Source: Patescibacteria group bacterium (GTDB lineage Bacteria; Patescibacteriota; Patescibacteriia; JBAZBY01). From it: DNA of 64,000 nucleotides. The notes below the pieces were generated by a model. The model saw only the letters and a program-made list of their open reading frames with translations. It had not been told where the DNA came from and made no database searches. The position numbers were made by a program, and so were the translations under genes. Positions 48,189 to 59,323 of the stretch are shown here, in pieces. The stretch's first letter is position 1. Every line of letters begins with the position of its first letter. Location: assembly GCA_041671225.1 (NCBI GenBank), contig JBAZBY010000001.1, forward strand, positions 302,940 through 366,939, read 5' to 3'.

Positions 48189-49157
48189 CTAGAGTTTTGT
48201 ATTGCGCGATGCGGCTTCCTTTGAAGGTACCCAGCCGCGTTCAGCCATGAAGCGAGTGAGCTTTGAAAAGCTTTTCCCCTCAATGAGACGCAGAAATAAC
48301 AGCGTCCATGAGGAGAATTGGAATGTTGCGAGCAATGCGCCGATAAAGACAACAATATATGTGAGTATAAGGGTTCCGGTGAAGGTGAATGGAAGACCAA
48401 GGAACGAAAGTATGACAATAACAAGGAAACTAAGCACAAAATTTATAAGGAAGAGCAGGAGGGCCATTTCTAGACTTACGAGCCAGTTCTTGAAAAAGAG
48501 TTTCCATGCAGCTATGAATGCCTCACGTGCCTTCATGTCTTGAATGACAATAAAAGATGCGGCGAATTTTGTTATAAAAGAGAAGATAATACTTACGGGC
48601 ACGAGCATAATAAACGCAATCAAACTGAGCGTGACTGCGTAGCTGAGCGAGTTCGTGTTGAGAAAAAGTATTGCAAGCGGAATACCGGGAATGAGTATTA
48701 TGCCCCAAAGGATTATTTTTGCGTATACATTCACAATAAAGATGCGCCAGAAGTAATGGTGTCCATTCCAGAAGAGATCAAGGAAGTTTACGGACTTCTT
48801 TTTTTCGTGACGTGCTGCGGCAGATATAATTGCTGCCTGAGATACGGTAACAATCCAAATAATAAGGAGCAGTACAGCAAGAATGGCCAGCGCAAGTAAA
48901 AACGCTGTAAAGAGGTTTTCTGAGATGTATGAACTTATATTTTCCCAGCCAGTCGCAAGCGTGCCATTTTCTTTGAAGCCAGAGAGGCGTTCCAGATTTT
49001 TTTGCATGTCCCCAACGGTGTTGAGGTTGCGGGCGAGAATGTCGTATTCTTCGCCGTTTGCCGTGAAGGAAGCGAAGATACCAAAGAACCAAAGGTACTT
49101 GTACCTCAAGGTTATTTCGATTGCCTTATGTATTATGCTTCGATAGAAACCTTGCAT
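48189..49157 (-). CDS. Hypothetical polytopic membrane protein
   Basis: 322 aa with about 7 TM segments and no recognisable motif. Confidence 0.5.
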   Translation of the reverse strand: MQGFYRSIIHKAIEITLRYKYLWFFGIFASFTANGEEYDILARNLNTVGDMQKNLERLSGFKENGTLATGWENISSYISENLFTAFLLALAILAVLLLIIWIVTVSQAAIISAAARHEKKKSVNFLDLFWNGHHYFWRIFIVNVYAKIILWGIILIPGIPLAILFLNTNSLSYAVTLSLIAFIMLVPVSIIFSFITKFAASFIVIQDMKAREAFIAAWKLFFKNWLVSLEMALLLFLINFVLSFLVIVILSFLGLPFTFTGTLILTYIVVFIGALLATFQFSSWTLLFLRLIEGKSFSKLTRFMAERGWVPSKEAASRNTKL

Positions 49158-49207
49158 ACCCCCTATATAGTGACTTTAGTGTACCCAAACTGCACGTAAG
49201 CTGCAAC

Positions 49208-51094
49208 TCATGCCTTGGGCGGAGCACTGGTTGTGGTAGTGTCTTTTATGGTTGACTCTTTTTTTACTTCTGGTTCTTTCCCCTCAAATATGCCCTCAAA
49301 GGCTTCTTTTTCAAGTGTCTCGTGTTTGATAAGTGTATTGGCAATAGTGTCCAGCATTTTTCGCTGGCCGGTGATGACTTTTGTAGCCTGCATTTTTGCA
49401 TCATGAATGAGCGCATCTACTTCTGCATCAATTACCTGCGCAATTTTTTCTGAGTAGTTGCGCTGTTCGTGAATTTCTCTACCGAGGAAGACCATTTCCT
49501 CCGTATTGCCAAAGACGCGCGGACCGAGTTTTTCGCTCATACCAAATTGTGTGACAAGTTTACGCGCAAGTTTCGTGGCTTGCTGCAGATCGTTCGATGG
49601 CCCCGTGGTGATGTCACCAAATACTTCTTGTTCCGCAACCCAACCACCAAGCATAACAGCGAGTTCTGCTTTGAATTCTTTTTTCTGTTTGAGGCTCTTG
49701 TCTGATGTCGGAAGCTTCATGGTGTATCCGCCAGCCATGCCGCGGGAGATGATAGAAACTTTACGTACAGGGTCTGCGCCAGGCGTTTCATGTGCAACAA
49801 GCGCATGACCAGCCTCATGGTATGCCGTAATCTTTTTTTCTTCCTTGCTATAGTGGCGGCTTTTGCGTTCTGGTCCGAGGAGTACCTTTTCGATTGCCTC
49901 GAGCAATTCGGCTCGTTCGACGTGCTGTTTATTGCGGCGCGCAGTAAGAATGGCAGCTTCATTGAGGAGGTTTGAGAGATCTGCACCAGAGAAGCCCGGA
50001 GTACGCTCAGCAACTTCTTGCAGGTCATCAGTATTTGTGAGCGGCTTGCCCTTTGCGTGTACGTTAAGAATCTCGCGACGAGCATCAATATCAGGCATGT
50101 CGACGGTTACGCGGCGGTCAAAGCGTCCTGGCCGGAGCAAGGCAGGATCCAGAATATCTGGGCGGTTTGTTGCAGCAATGACAATAACGTTTGTGTCAGT
50201 ATCAAAACCATCCATCTCAACAAGAATTTGGTTTAGGGTTTGTTCGCGTTCGTCATGGCTTCCACCAAGACCAGCGCCCCGTTGCCGACCAACGGCATCA
50301 ATTTCATCGATAAAGATAATGCATGGTGCTGATTTTTTTGCTCGATTAAAGAGGTCACGAACACGACTCGCGCCAACACCGACGAACATCTCAACAAATT
50401 CAGAACCAGAGATACTAAAGAATGGCACGCTTGCTTCACCTGCAACTGCCTTTGCCATAAGCGTTTTTCCCGTTCCCGGTGCGCCAATAAGGAGCACGCC
50501 CTTTGGGATTCTGGCGCCAACAGCAGTGAACTTGCGGGGGTTCTTAAGAAAGTCCACAACTTCACGGAGTTCTTCTTTTGCTTCTTTTGCACCCGCAACA
50601 TCATGGAAGGTCGTATTTGGCCGTTTCACTTGCTGTTGATCCTTTGCCTTGCTTTGACCAAATGACATTGCTCGGTTGTTTTGCCCTTGTACCTGCCGGA
50701 AGATAAACCAGAAGATGAATGCAATAAAGAGGAATGGGAGACCAAACGAAAGTAACGGACCGACCCATGAAAGCGTGGTGGTATCCTTTACTTCAATAAT
50801 AACGCTGTTGAGCTGCTCTGGAGAGAGACCATAGGTAATGGCGAGCTCTGCAAACGAAACAATAGGTTCTTTGGTTGATTCTCGCTCTGTGCCGTCCTTG
50901 AGCGTGACAGTGAGCTTGTCGCCATCGACGAAGATTTTTTCAACTTCATTATTTGTAATATGTTCCATGACGTCATTGATCGGCACAACCTCTGGTTCTG
51001 CCAGTGGGGACGTGAAAAGCGACATCGCTCCCGCGATGACGAGGAAGAGAACAAGAAAGAGAATAGCGTTGCGGACGACTCTATTCATTTTCAT
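49208..51094 (-). CDS. ftsH: ATP-dependent zinc metalloprotease FtsH
   Basis: Walker [14 protein letters not shown], second region of homology, HEAGHALV zinc motif. ATG at 51094 with AAGGAG SD (track ORF extends to 51157). Confidence 0.95.
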   Translation of the reverse strand: MKMNRVVRNAILFLVLFLVIAGAMSLFTSPLAEPEVVPINDVMEHITNNEVEKIFVDGDKLTVTLKDGTERESTKEPIVSFAELAITYGLSPEQLNSVIIEVKDTTTLSWVGPLLSFGLPFLFIAFIFWFIFRQVQGQNNRAMSFGQSKAKDQQQVKRPNTTFHDVAGAKEAKEELREVVDFLKNPRKFTAVGARIPKGVLLIGAPGTGKTLMAKAVAGEASVPFFSISGSEFVEMFVGVGASRVRDLFNRAKKSAPCIIFIDEIDAVGRQRGAGLGGSHDEREQTLNQILVEMDGFDTDTNVIVIAATNRPDILDPALLRPGRFDRRVTVDMPDIDARREILNVHAKGKPLTNTDDLQEVAERTPGFSGADLSNLLNEAAILTARRNKQHVERAELLEAIEKVLLGPERKSRHYSKEEKKITAYHEAGHALVAHETPGADPVRKVSIISRGMAGGYTMKLPTSDKSLKQKKEFKAELAVMLGGWVAEQEVFGDITTGPSNDLQQATKLARKLVTQFGMSEKLGPRVFGNTEEMVFLGREIHEQRNYSEKIAQVIDAEVDALIHDAKMQATKVITGQRKMLDTIANTLIKHETLEKEAFEGIFEGKEPEVKKESTIKDTTTTSAPPKA

Positions 51095-52340
51095 CTGTGG
51101 GCTCCTTTTTTTCTTCACGCTTCGTTTCTTCTGCGTCATCTTTTTTAACCGGAGCATCTTCAGCCTTTACTTCTTCCGTGTCCTTTTTCGCCTTTGCAGC
51201 AGCCTTTGTGGCATTTTCAGGAGTATGTTCTGTTTCGCTGGACGGTTTCTCCTTCAGGGAGAGACCAAGACGGTGTTGCGCTGGTTCAATGGAGACGACA
51301 CGGAATTTTACTTCATCACCCTCTTTGAGTACCTCGCTGGGGTGGTGAATGATTTTGTCAGAAAGTTCAGAAATGTGCGCGAGTCCGTGAATATCTTTGT
51401 CGAGTTCAACAAACGCACCAAACGCATTGAGTTTCAGAACGGTACCCTTCACCTTTGAGCCGAGAGGGTATTGCTTCTCGACATCTTTCCAGGGGTCATC
51501 CATAAGACGCTTCATAGAAAGTGAGATCTTTGTACCTTCAATAGCAATGATCTGTGCCTTCACGGTCTGCCCAACATGCACAATATCACGCGGGTCTTCA
51601 ATGCGCTGCCACGCAAGTTCTGAGATATGAATGAGACCTTCAAGGTTTTCACCAAATTCGAAGAAGGCGCCAAAATGAACCACACCAGTGATTTTGCCTT
51701 CCACCACATCGCCAACTTTGTAGGTTTCAAGCATCTTCTTCTGCTCGTTTTCCCATGCGGCGCGTTCAGAAACGATCAGTTTTTCTTCTTGCTCATCGAG
51801 GTCGATAACGCGAACTTTGAATTCCTGGCCGATGAAGCTTTTCAGTTTTTCGAGGATCTTATTTTTGTCTCCGCCATCAACGCGCGGGTAATGTTCTGGA
51901 ATCAATTGTGAAACAGGAAGGAAGCCGTCAATGCGTCCAACACGAACCATGAGTCCGCCGCGGTTTGCGTCTGTAATTGGTGCGTCAATGACCTTTGCAT
52001 TTTTTTTGAGCTCTTCGAGGTTACTCCATGCTTTGAGGTGACCAGCGGCGCGGAAGGAAAGCTCCATAACTCCCTGCTCGTTTTCCATCTCCATCACCGT
52101 GGTAAAGACTTCATGCCCGACAGTGAGTTCTGAATATTCACCACTTTCATCAAAAAGTTCGTAGCCACGGACAATGCCGGTGGTAATACCGGCGACATCA
52201 ATCACTACTTCATTTTTCCCAATCGCAAGAACGCGCCCTGCAACCAGGTCGCCAACTTTTGGAAACTGGAATTCCGCCCCTTCTTTTTCGAGCAGCTCGC
52301 CCATTGCTGAGGATTGCTCGGCGGTCTTTGTGTCTGTCAT
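51081..52340 (-). CDS. rpsA: 30S ribosomal protein S1 (four S1 domains) with charged C-terminal tail
   Basis: Repeated S1-domain pattern (G..V.G.V..i...G.fV.l). Start ambiguous: ATG 52340 or TTG 52379. 3' end overlaps the ftsH start by 14 nt. Confidence 0.85.
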   Translation of the reverse strand: MTDTKTAEQSSAMGELLEKEGAEFQFPKVGDLVAGRVLAIGKNEVVIDVAGITTGIVRGYELFDESGEYSELTVGHEVFTTVMEMENEQGVMELSFRAAGHLKAWSNLEELKKNAKVIDAPITDANRGGLMVRVGRIDGFLPVSQLIPEHYPRVDGGDKNKILEKLKSFIGQEFKVRVIDLDEQEEKLIVSERAAWENEQKKMLETYKVGDVVEGKITGVVHFGAFFEFGENLEGLIHISELAWQRIEDPRDIVHVGQTVKAQIIAIEGTKISLSMKRLMDDPWKDVEKQYPLGSKVKGTVLKLNAFGAFVELDKDIHGLAHISELSDKIIHHPSEVLKEGDEVKFRVVSIEPAQHRLGLSLKEKPSSETEHTPENATKAAAKAKKDTEEVKAEDAPVKKDDAEETKREEKKEPTDENE

Positions 52341-52552
52341 GTAAGAATAGAGAACTATTATCCCTCCTTGGCTTGCCAAGGAAAGACCTGCCGGTGCTTT
52401 TTACCCTTTATATATAGGGTCAGCCGACTGGTTAAGAATTTAAGCCATTTGAGTATAGGGAAGGGTCCTAAAAATTGCAACCCCAGCACCACTATGATGA
52501 TGTGCTGGGAAGATCCTGCGGGTAAACGCGTATTCTGGTAAGATATGAGTAT

Positions 52553-53500
52553 ATGGCACTTCGTGAACGATTAACTCCACAACGCCGGCCGACTTATTCA
52601 AGTCGGGTGAATATTAAGGATGTGAAGGCACTCGCTGAGCGTTCCGTGAAGCATCTTTACGGGAATCGGAAGCTGACAAATGAGGAGTGGCGTCAGTATG
52701 TTCGCGAGAATCCAGAGCTGCAGTCGGAGGTATTTAGGAGGATTGGCTTGGGGCATAATTATGGCAGTGGGACCATAGAGGGCGCTCGCGCGAAGCGTAT
52801 TATAAAAGTGATCGGGGAGACCGTGCGGAATTCGCAAAAGACAGCCGTAGCTTCCCGTGCAAAGAAAGATCTTTTTCAGGCAAAGAAGCTTGAGCAACAA
52901 GCCGCACACATAGAGCAAGAGGCACAACAGATGGAAGCCCCTACGATGGCAGCAAGGAAGCTACGTGAAGCAGAGAAGCTACAAAGTGAAGCAGCGGAAT
53001 TACACAGTGCCGCAGAGCAAGAACAAGCAAAAATGAAAGTACGCATGTCCCTTGAGGCGAGGGAGGAGACTTTTAAAAAACCAAAAGCGACGCTTTCATC
53101 ACTCAGAAAGATGCGCGTTAATGAACTCACGCCAAAAGGACCTTCAAAAGCAGACATCGCACAAAAAGAAAACACACTCGCGTTGCGGCGGCGCATGCGT
53201 TTGTATGATAATACAAGAGATGCTATCTATGCACGCTTTGGCAAGAAGGGCGGCGGCGTAACCTCTATTAATGACAACGACAACGAAATTGTTGATTTTC
53301 ATAAAGAAGCAAGGACGACAAGTACAGATTACCAATCCATCCCAACATCTGTTTCTGAGGTGGCAAAAAACGCGCATGCGCCTTTGGCGTCTGCTTCTGA
53401 GGTGCAGAAAGAAGTTGCAGAAGACGCTCCAAATCCAGGAGTGGGCGGAGAGAATGAGGATGAAAATACTCTTGATGACGACCTGCCATTGGCAGCGTAA
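52553..53500 (+). CDS. Hypothetical coiled-coil protein (E/Q/A/K-rich)
   Basis: 315 aa with a low-complexity central helix-forming region and no recognisable catalytic motif. Confidence 0.45.
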   Translation: MALRERLTPQRRPTYSSRVNIKDVKALAERSVKHLYGNRKLTNEEWRQYVRENPELQSEVFRRIGLGHNYGSGTIEGARAKRIIKVIGETVRNSQKTAVASRAKKDLFQAKKLEQQAAHIEQEAQQMEAPTMAARKLREAEKLQSEAAELHSAAEQEQAKMKVRMSLEAREETFKKPKATLSSLRKMRVNELTPKGPSKADIAQKENTLALRRRMRLYDNTRDAIYARFGKKGGGVTSINDNDNEIVDFHKEARTTSTDYQSIPTSVSEVAKNAHAPLASASEVQKEVAEDAPNPGVGGENEDENTLDDDLPLAA

Positions 53501-53589
53501 ATGCGCTTGAAAAGCAGGGCGTAACATGGTACGATGCGTAGTGCAATCGGGGGCTTTGTGGTTGCTTGAATACCCCATTTTTACACGGT

Positions 53590-54219
53590 ATGTACATCAC
53601 CTGGCACGGCCAGTCTGCAATAAAAATTCAAACAGAAACCGGCACGGTTTTTATCGATCCGCAGAATAGTGCGTCAGGAATCAAACCAACACGCATCACA
53701 ACGGATTTGCTTCTTATTGGCGATCCTGATGCGCCAAAAGGGGGTAATGCTGAGACGACTTTTGTCGTTGATCACCCAGGGGAATATGAATCCAAGGGTG
53801 TTTTTGTCTACAGTGTAGAAACAACACCGGAACAGATGGTGAGCGGGAAGCGCGGTATGATTTTTCTTGTACAAGCAGAGGATCTCCGCGTTGCGCATCT
53901 TGGTTTTTTGAAGGCACCGCTGACCGATGTTCAGAAAGAACTTTTAGATGAGGCAGACGTTCTGATCATTCCCGTCGGTGGCAATGCCGTTTGTACGCCA
54001 AAACTTGCTGCGGACATTGTGAGTGAAATGGAACCCCGCATTATTCTTCCCATCCATTATAAAATTGCAGGCAGCAAAGAGAAGTTGGATGATGTGCAGC
54101 CCTTCTTGAAGGAGATCGGGGTAAAGGAAGAGCGCATGGAGAAGTTACGTATTAAGAAAAAAGATTTGCCGCAAGAAGATGCGCAACTCGTTCTTTTGGA
54201 TGTTTATGGCAAGCATTGA
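53590..54219 (+). CDS. Metallo-beta-lactamase-fold hydrolase (UPF0173/YtkL-like)
   Basis: ATG at 53590 (MYITWHGQSAIKIQ...). Short MBL-fold pattern with conserved H/D positions. Confidence 0.6.
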   Translation: MYITWHGQSAIKIQTETGTVFIDPQNSASGIKPTRITTDLLLIGDPDAPKGGNAETTFVVDHPGEYESKGVFVYSVETTPEQMVSGKRGMIFLVQAEDLRVAHLGFLKAPLTDVQKELLDEADVLIIPVGGNAVCTPKLAADIVSEMEPRIILPIHYKIAGSKEKLDDVQPFLKEIGVKEERMEKLRIKKKDLPQEDAQLVLLDVYGKH

Positions 54220-54643
54220 TGGCATTCAGCGACCCGCGGATAGCGAGGTTCGCCTTGGCAAAGCCGGGCGACCAGTGCGGCGCCGCGTGGCTCCAAAGCA
54301 ACCAGTAGCCAAAAAGGTACGCACACAAAAAACAGCGCCAACACGTGAACCGCAGTATACCGAAATAAAAGTACAGCAGCGCAAGCAGACACTTTATATT
54401 TTTGTTGCCGTTGCATTTCTTGGCGTTATTGGTCTCTGGTATCTCGGCGTACAGCGTACGTTTTCAGAGAGCGGTACTGATGGCGGCTTCTTCAGTGGCA
54501 TTATCGCGCAGATTCAGAATGTCTTTTCTGGTGTTGGTGAAGATTTGAAAGACATAACGGTAAACGCAGACACAATAACCAATAGTGAAGTAGAGCGTTT
54601 GGAAGCGGAAGTGTTTCCTGACATCCCCACGTTGAACGATTAG
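54206..54643 (+). CDS. Hypothetical single-pass membrane protein with basic N-terminus
   Basis: ATG at 54206. KR-rich N-terminal region, one TM (LYIFVAVAFLGVIGLWYL). Confidence 0.4.
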   Translation: MASIDGIQRPADSEVRLGKAGRPVRRRVAPKQPVAKKVRTQKTAPTREPQYTEIKVQQRKQTLYIFVAVAFLGVIGLWYLGVQRTFSESGTDGGFFSGIIAQIQNVFSGVGEDLKDITVNADTITNSEVERLEAEVFPDIPTLND

Positions 54644-54646
54644 TAT

Positions 54647-57235
54647 ATGGCAAAGAAAAAAGTTTTAGCAAAAAAATCCAGCAAGCCAGCACCAAAGCAA
54701 TCACCACAACCTCAGCAGGAGGAAGAGCAGCAGCTGGTTGCGAAGGCAAAAGATAGCGCCATTGGCGTTATTGAGCCACGACGCATTGTTGAAGAAATGC
54801 AGGAGTCATACTTGGACTATGCCATGTCTGTCATTGTTTCGCGCGCGCTTCCGGATGTTCGTGACGGCTTGAAACCAGTGCACCGTCGCGTGCTCTATGC
54901 AATGTGGTCTCTTGGTCTGCGTTCAGGTGCAAAGTTCCGAAAATCCGCGACCGTCGTTGGAGAAGTGCTTGGTAAATATCATCCCCACAGTGATACGGCG
55001 GTATATGACACGCTTGTGCGTCTTGCACAGGATTTTTCACTGCGCTATCCATTGGTGAACGGCCAGGGAAACTTTGGGTCCATTGATGGTGATACCGCTG
55101 CCGCAATGCGGTATACAGAATCCAAACTGCAACGCATTGCAGACGAGATCCTTTTTGATATTGAGAAAGAGACCGTTCCCTTTGTGCCAAACTATGACGG
55201 CGCGCATAAAGAGCCGACGGTCTTCCCTGCAAAACTTCCAAACCTGCTGCTTAATGGTTCCACGGGTATTGCCGTTGGTATGGCAACGAATATCCCGCCG
55301 CACAACCTTAATGAAGTAGTGGATGGCACAATACACCTTATTGACCATCCAACTGCGACCGTTGAGGATCTTATGGAATTTGTGAAGGGTCCGGACTTCC
55401 CAACGGGGGGTGCTATCTTTGACCGCAAAGAAATTGCACAGGCTTACGGCACGGGTAAGGGTTCTATTGTGACCCGCGGGAAGGCTGAAATTGTTGAGAA
55501 GAAGGACGGTCAGTTCCAGATCATCATTTCCGAGATCCCATACATGGTGAACAAGTCTCGTTTGATCGAGAAGATGGCTGACTTGGTTCGCGAGAAACGC
55601 TTAGAGGGTATTCGGGACATTCGCGATGGCTCTGACCGCAATGGCATTCACGTGGTGATCGATTTGAAGAAGGATAGTTATCCAAAGAAGGTTTTGAATC
55701 GTCTGTATCAGACCACGCAGCTGCAAGAAACATTCCACGTGAATATGCTCGCGTTGGTTGATGGCATTCAGCCGCGTATTTTGAACCTCAAGATGATTCT
55801 TGAGGAATATATTAAGCATCGTGAGGATGTTGTTCGGAAGCGCACGGCGTATGATCTTGGCGTGGCCAAAGAACGCGCCCACATTCTTGAAGGTCTGAAG
55901 AAGGCACTGGATAATATTGACGCGGTTATCAAGCTTATTAAGGCGTCGAAGGATAAAGAGGTTGCGAAGGTGGCGCTGATGAAGCGGTTCAAGTTTTCTG
56001 AACGGCAGACCATTGCTATTCTTGAAATGCGCCTTCAACAGCTCGCAAACCTTGAGCGAAAGAAGATCGAAGATGAATTGAAAGAAAAGAAGATACTTAT
56101 CAAAGAACTGGAAACACTCCTCGCATCACGCAAGATGATCTTGAATGTTATTAAAGATGAACTGAAGGAGTTAAAGGAGAAGCACGGCGACGAGCGCCGC
56201 ACGGAAGTATTTGTGAATCCTATTGGCAAGTTCACCCAAGAAGATCTGATCCCGAACGAGCCGTGTGTCATCATTACTACCCGCGATGGTTATATCAAGC
56301 GCATGCCGGAGGACACCTTTAAGTCACAGGGCCGGGGCGGTAAGGGTGTTATTGGTCTTACAACAAAAGAGGAAGACCAAGTGGATCATATGTTTGCCGC
56401 GAATACGCATGCGGATTTGCTCTTCTTCACCACGCGCGGTCGTGTATTCCAACTCAAGGCATATGATGTGCCATTGGCAGGGCGCCAGGCAAAGGGGCAA
56501 GCATTGGTGAACTTCCTCCAGCTTACGGGAGAAGAAAAGGTAACGGTGATCCTCTCGCTTGAAGAAATGGAGCAGGCAAAGGATATTCAATTTTTTGTGA
56601 TGGTCACCAGCAAGGGGACCATCAAACGCGTGAAGCTCGAAGATTTTAAGAATGTACGCCGTTCCGGACTCATCGCTATCAAACTCAAAGACGGCGATTA
56701 TCTAAAATGGGTGAAGCCGTCAGGCGGGAAGGATCATATTCTTCTTGCCGCAACGAATGGTCAGTCGATTCGCTTCCCAGAAGGTCAAATCCGCGTGATG
56801 GGTCGCTCTGCTGCAGGAGTACGCGGCATTCGATTGAAAGATTCTGCATCTGTTGCGGGCATGGCGATCATTGCTGGAGGAAAAACAGAACAAGGAGAAC
56901 AACTGCTCGTCATTATGGATAATGGATACGGCAAGCGCACGCCGCTCGCGCAGTATCGTGTGCAGGGTCGCGGTGGTTCTGGTATTAAAGCGGCGAATGT
57001 CAGTACGAAGACAGGCTCTATCACCTCTGCTTTTACAGTGAATGCAAAGCGAGCGGGTGAGGATATCATCGTCATCTCAGATAAAGGCCAGGTCATCCGT
57101 ATGCCGCTGAAGAGCGTTTCTGTGCTGGGTCGTGCCACACAGGGCGTGCGTATTATGCGTTTTAGTGAAGCAAAAGACTCAGTTTCGAGCGTGACCTTTG
57201 TGGAAGCGGTCGTTTCTGAGAGTTCTGCAAGCTAG
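54647..57235 (+). CDS. gyrA: DNA gyrase subunit A
   Basis: 862 aa. [23 protein letters not shown], active-site Tyr region, C-terminal beta-pinwheel repeats. Confidence 0.95.
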   Translation: MAKKKVLAKKSSKPAPKQSPQPQQEEEQQLVAKAKDSAIGVIEPRRIVEEMQESYLDYAMSVIVSRALPDVRDGLKPVHRRVLYAMWSLGLRSGAKFRKSATVVGEVLGKYHPHSDTAVYDTLVRLAQDFSLRYPLVNGQGNFGSIDGDTAAAMRYTESKLQRIADEILFDIEKETVPFVPNYDGAHKEPTVFPAKLPNLLLNGSTGIAVGMATNIPPHNLNEVVDGTIHLIDHPTATVEDLMEFVKGPDFPTGGAIFDRKEIAQAYGTGKGSIVTRGKAEIVEKKDGQFQIIISEIPYMVNKSRLIEKMADLVREKRLEGIRDIRDGSDRNGIHVVIDLKKDSYPKKVLNRLYQTTQLQETFHVNMLALVDGIQPRILNLKMILEEYIKHREDVVRKRTAYDLGVAKERAHILEGLKKALDNIDAVIKLIKASKDKEVAKVALMKRFKFSERQTIAILEMRLQQLANLERKKIEDELKEKKILIKELETLLASRKMILNVIKDELKELKEKHGDERRTEVFVNPIGKFTQEDLIPNEPCVIITTRDGYIKRMPEDTFKSQGRGGKGVIGLTTKEEDQVDHMFAANTHADLLFFTTRGRVFQLKAYDVPLAGRQAKGQALVNFLQLTGEEKVTVILSLEEMEQAKDIQFFVMVTSKGTIKRVKLEDFKNVRRSGLIAIKLKDGDYLKWVKPSGGKDHILLAATNGQSIRFPEGQIRVMGRSAAGVRGIRLKDSASVAGMAIIAGGKTEQGEQLLVIMDNGYGKRTPLAQYRVQGRGGSGIKAANVSTKTGSITSAFTVNAKRAGEDIIVISDKGQVIRMPLKSVSVLGRATQGVRIMRFSEAKDSVSSVTFVEAVVSESSAS

Positions 57236-57288
57236 GCCTTGCAAAACAAAGCCTTTTCCCGTACACTGCCCGTTGCATTTGAAAAGCT

Positions 57289-57504
57289 ATGAGTGTTCCA
57301 AAAAAGCGACAATCAAAATCAAGGACAGCTCGCCGCCGCAATAATATTCGGGCTAGCCGTGTGCAGCTTGTGGCGTGCACACATTGCCAGCAGCCTCGGG
57401 CGCCACACCGCGTTTGTACGAATTGCGGGTATTACCGTGGCCGTAAGGTTGTTGATGTGAGTAAGCGCGCAAAACGCATCAAGAAACCGGGCGAAGAGTC
57501 ATAA
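57289..57504 (+). CDS. rpmF: 50S ribosomal protein L32
   Basis: MSVPKKRQSKSR... with a zinc ribbon (CTHC...CTNCGYY). Confidence 0.85.
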   Translation: MSVPKKRQSKSRTARRRNNIRASRVQLVACTHCQQPRAPHRVCTNCGYYRGRKVVDVSKRAKRIKKPGEES

Positions 57505-57522
57505 CCCAACGTACGCTTCACC

Positions 57523-57978
57523 ATGTCCAATCGTCACCTCGCGCGAACCATTGCCATGCAGACCCTCTTTGAATGGGACTTCCGTGGTCAGCACGAGGAC
57601 GCAAGAGCAATGACCCAGGCCAACCTGGATGATTTTGCACCGGATTTTACCGACGCGCCGTTCACCCTTGGTCTTATTGATGGCGTTCTTGAACATCAAA
57701 AGGATATCGATACGACCATCACGAAATACGCACCGGAATGGCCGTTGGATCAGATCACGATTGTTGATCGTAATATCCTCCGTATCGGAGTGTTTGAACT
57801 CAAATTTAATGCTGACATTCCTCCAAAGGTTGCCATCAATGAAGCCATTGAACTTGCCAAGTCATTTGGCGGGGAATCATCAGGTAAGTTCGTGAATGGC
57901 GTTCTTGGTGCCATTTTCCGTGACATGCAAGAAGATGCCGAGGGCGTTCCTGCACAAGCTCCTTCCAAGCAAGAATAA
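57523..57978 (+). CDS. nusB: Transcription antitermination factor NusB
   Basis: 151 aa. RHLARTIAMQTLFEWDF N-terminus typical of NusB. Confidence 0.85.
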   Translation: MSNRHLARTIAMQTLFEWDFRGQHEDARAMTQANLDDFAPDFTDAPFTLGLIDGVLEHQKDIDTTITKYAPEWPLDQITIVDRNILRIGVFELKFNADIPPKVAINEAIELAKSFGGESSGKFVNGVLGAIFRDMQEDAEGVPAQAPSKQE

Positions 57979-58048
57979 TTAAACTTTCCGCGCGCGCGAC
58001 GAATCCGTGTGAATACTCGCACTGATCCGTTGCAAGCGTGGCATATAT

Positions 58049-58741
58049 ATGCCACAAGACTATACATCCCTTGAGGAGCGCATCGGCGCACACTTCAAGA
58101 ATACTGACCTGCTCACGCAGGCCTTTGTTCATCGTTCATATTTGAACGAAAATCCAACATTCGCCCTCGGCCACAATGAACGGCTCGAATTTTTGGGTGA
58201 TGCCGTTCTTGAACTGGTTGTGACCGAGTATCTTTATAATCATTATGACAACTCAGAAGGCGAGCTTACGAACTGGCGCGCGGCACTGGTGAATGCCACC
58301 ATGCTGGCTCGCGTTGCAGAAGAGATGGATATGGAACCATTTCTCCTTCTTTCTCGCGGCGAGTCGCGTGACGGCAGTTCCAAGGCGCGACAGTCCATTC
58401 TTGCCAACACCGTTGAGTCGGTTATTGGTGCGTTGTATTTGGATCAGGGTTATGAACCATGCAGGCATTTTATTAGCATAGCCATTCTGAAGCATCTGGA
58501 TGAGATTCTCGATAAGAAGCTCTATCGCGATCCTAAATCGAGCCTCCAAGAAGAAGCGCAGGCACGCATGGGCGCCACGCCTGCGTATCGCGTGCTCGAT
58601 GAAACTGGCCCAGACCATAAACGCACCTTTGTTATTGGTGTCTATATTGGGGAACAACTTGTCGCAAAAGGGCACGGCACTTCAAAACAGGAAGCGCAGG
58701 TTGCCGCTGCAGAGGGTGCATTGAAGGAAAAAGGCTGGTAA
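58049..58741 (+). CDS. rnc: Ribonuclease III
   Basis: RNase III signature ERLEFLGDAVLELVVTEYLY plus a C-terminal dsRBD. Confidence 0.9.
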   Translation: MPQDYTSLEERIGAHFKNTDLLTQAFVHRSYLNENPTFALGHNERLEFLGDAVLELVVTEYLYNHYDNSEGELTNWRAALVNATMLARVAEEMDMEPFLLLSRGESRDGSSKARQSILANTVESVIGALYLDQGYEPCRHFISIAILKHLDEILDKKLYRDPKSSLQEEAQARMGATPAYRVLDETGPDHKRTFVIGVYIGEQLVAKGHGTSKQEAQVAAAEGALKEKGW

Positions 58742-58750
58742 GCTAAAGCC

Positions 58751-59242
58751 ATGGAGCTTGCAAACCCTTTACTCTTCTGGGTTACCCTCGTCATCGTTAC
58801 CGCTGGATTCGTGGGCATCTTTTTTCCTTTGGTTCCAAACATCCCGTTGATATGGCTGGGGATTCTTCTTTATGCGGCAATTTCTGGATTTGAGGAAGTA
58901 ACAAATGAGTTTATTCTCTTCATTTCGTTCCTTGCGCTCATCACCATTTTTCTTGATTTTATTTCAGCCCGATGGGGCGTGCGAAAGTTCACGGCAAGTG
59001 GGAATGCTGTCATTGGCGCGGTACTTGGCGGGGTTATTGGTTCACTGTTTGGTCAACTCTGGGCGTTTTTTATGGGCCCATTGCTGGGTGCCGTACTCTT
59101 TCAACTTTTTACGGGACATGACACGATCTGGTCTATCCGCGGCGATCGTTTTCATATCATTGGGTTTATGGGAGGCAGCGTCATGAAGCTGGTGATTGCC
59201 ATCACAATGATCGGCATGTTTCTTTGGGTGGTTCTTGTTTAA
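58751..59242 (+). CDS. DUF456-like small membrane protein
   Basis: 163 aa with 4 TM segments and a glycine-zipper-rich sequence. Confidence 0.45.
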   Translation: MELANPLLFWVTLVIVTAGFVGIFFPLVPNIPLIWLGILLYAAISGFEEVTNEFILFISFLALITIFLDFISARWGVRKFTASGNAVIGAVLGGVIGSLFGQLWAFFMGPLLGAVLFQLFTGHDTIWSIRGDRFHIIGFMGGSVMKLVIAITMIGMFLWVVLV

Positions 59243-59323
59243 GTTGCCCTCCACAACAAGCTGAAAACATGATACCCTTCCCGTGCTTCCGCTCACGCGC
59301 GGGTTTTCGTATGCGCTATAGAT

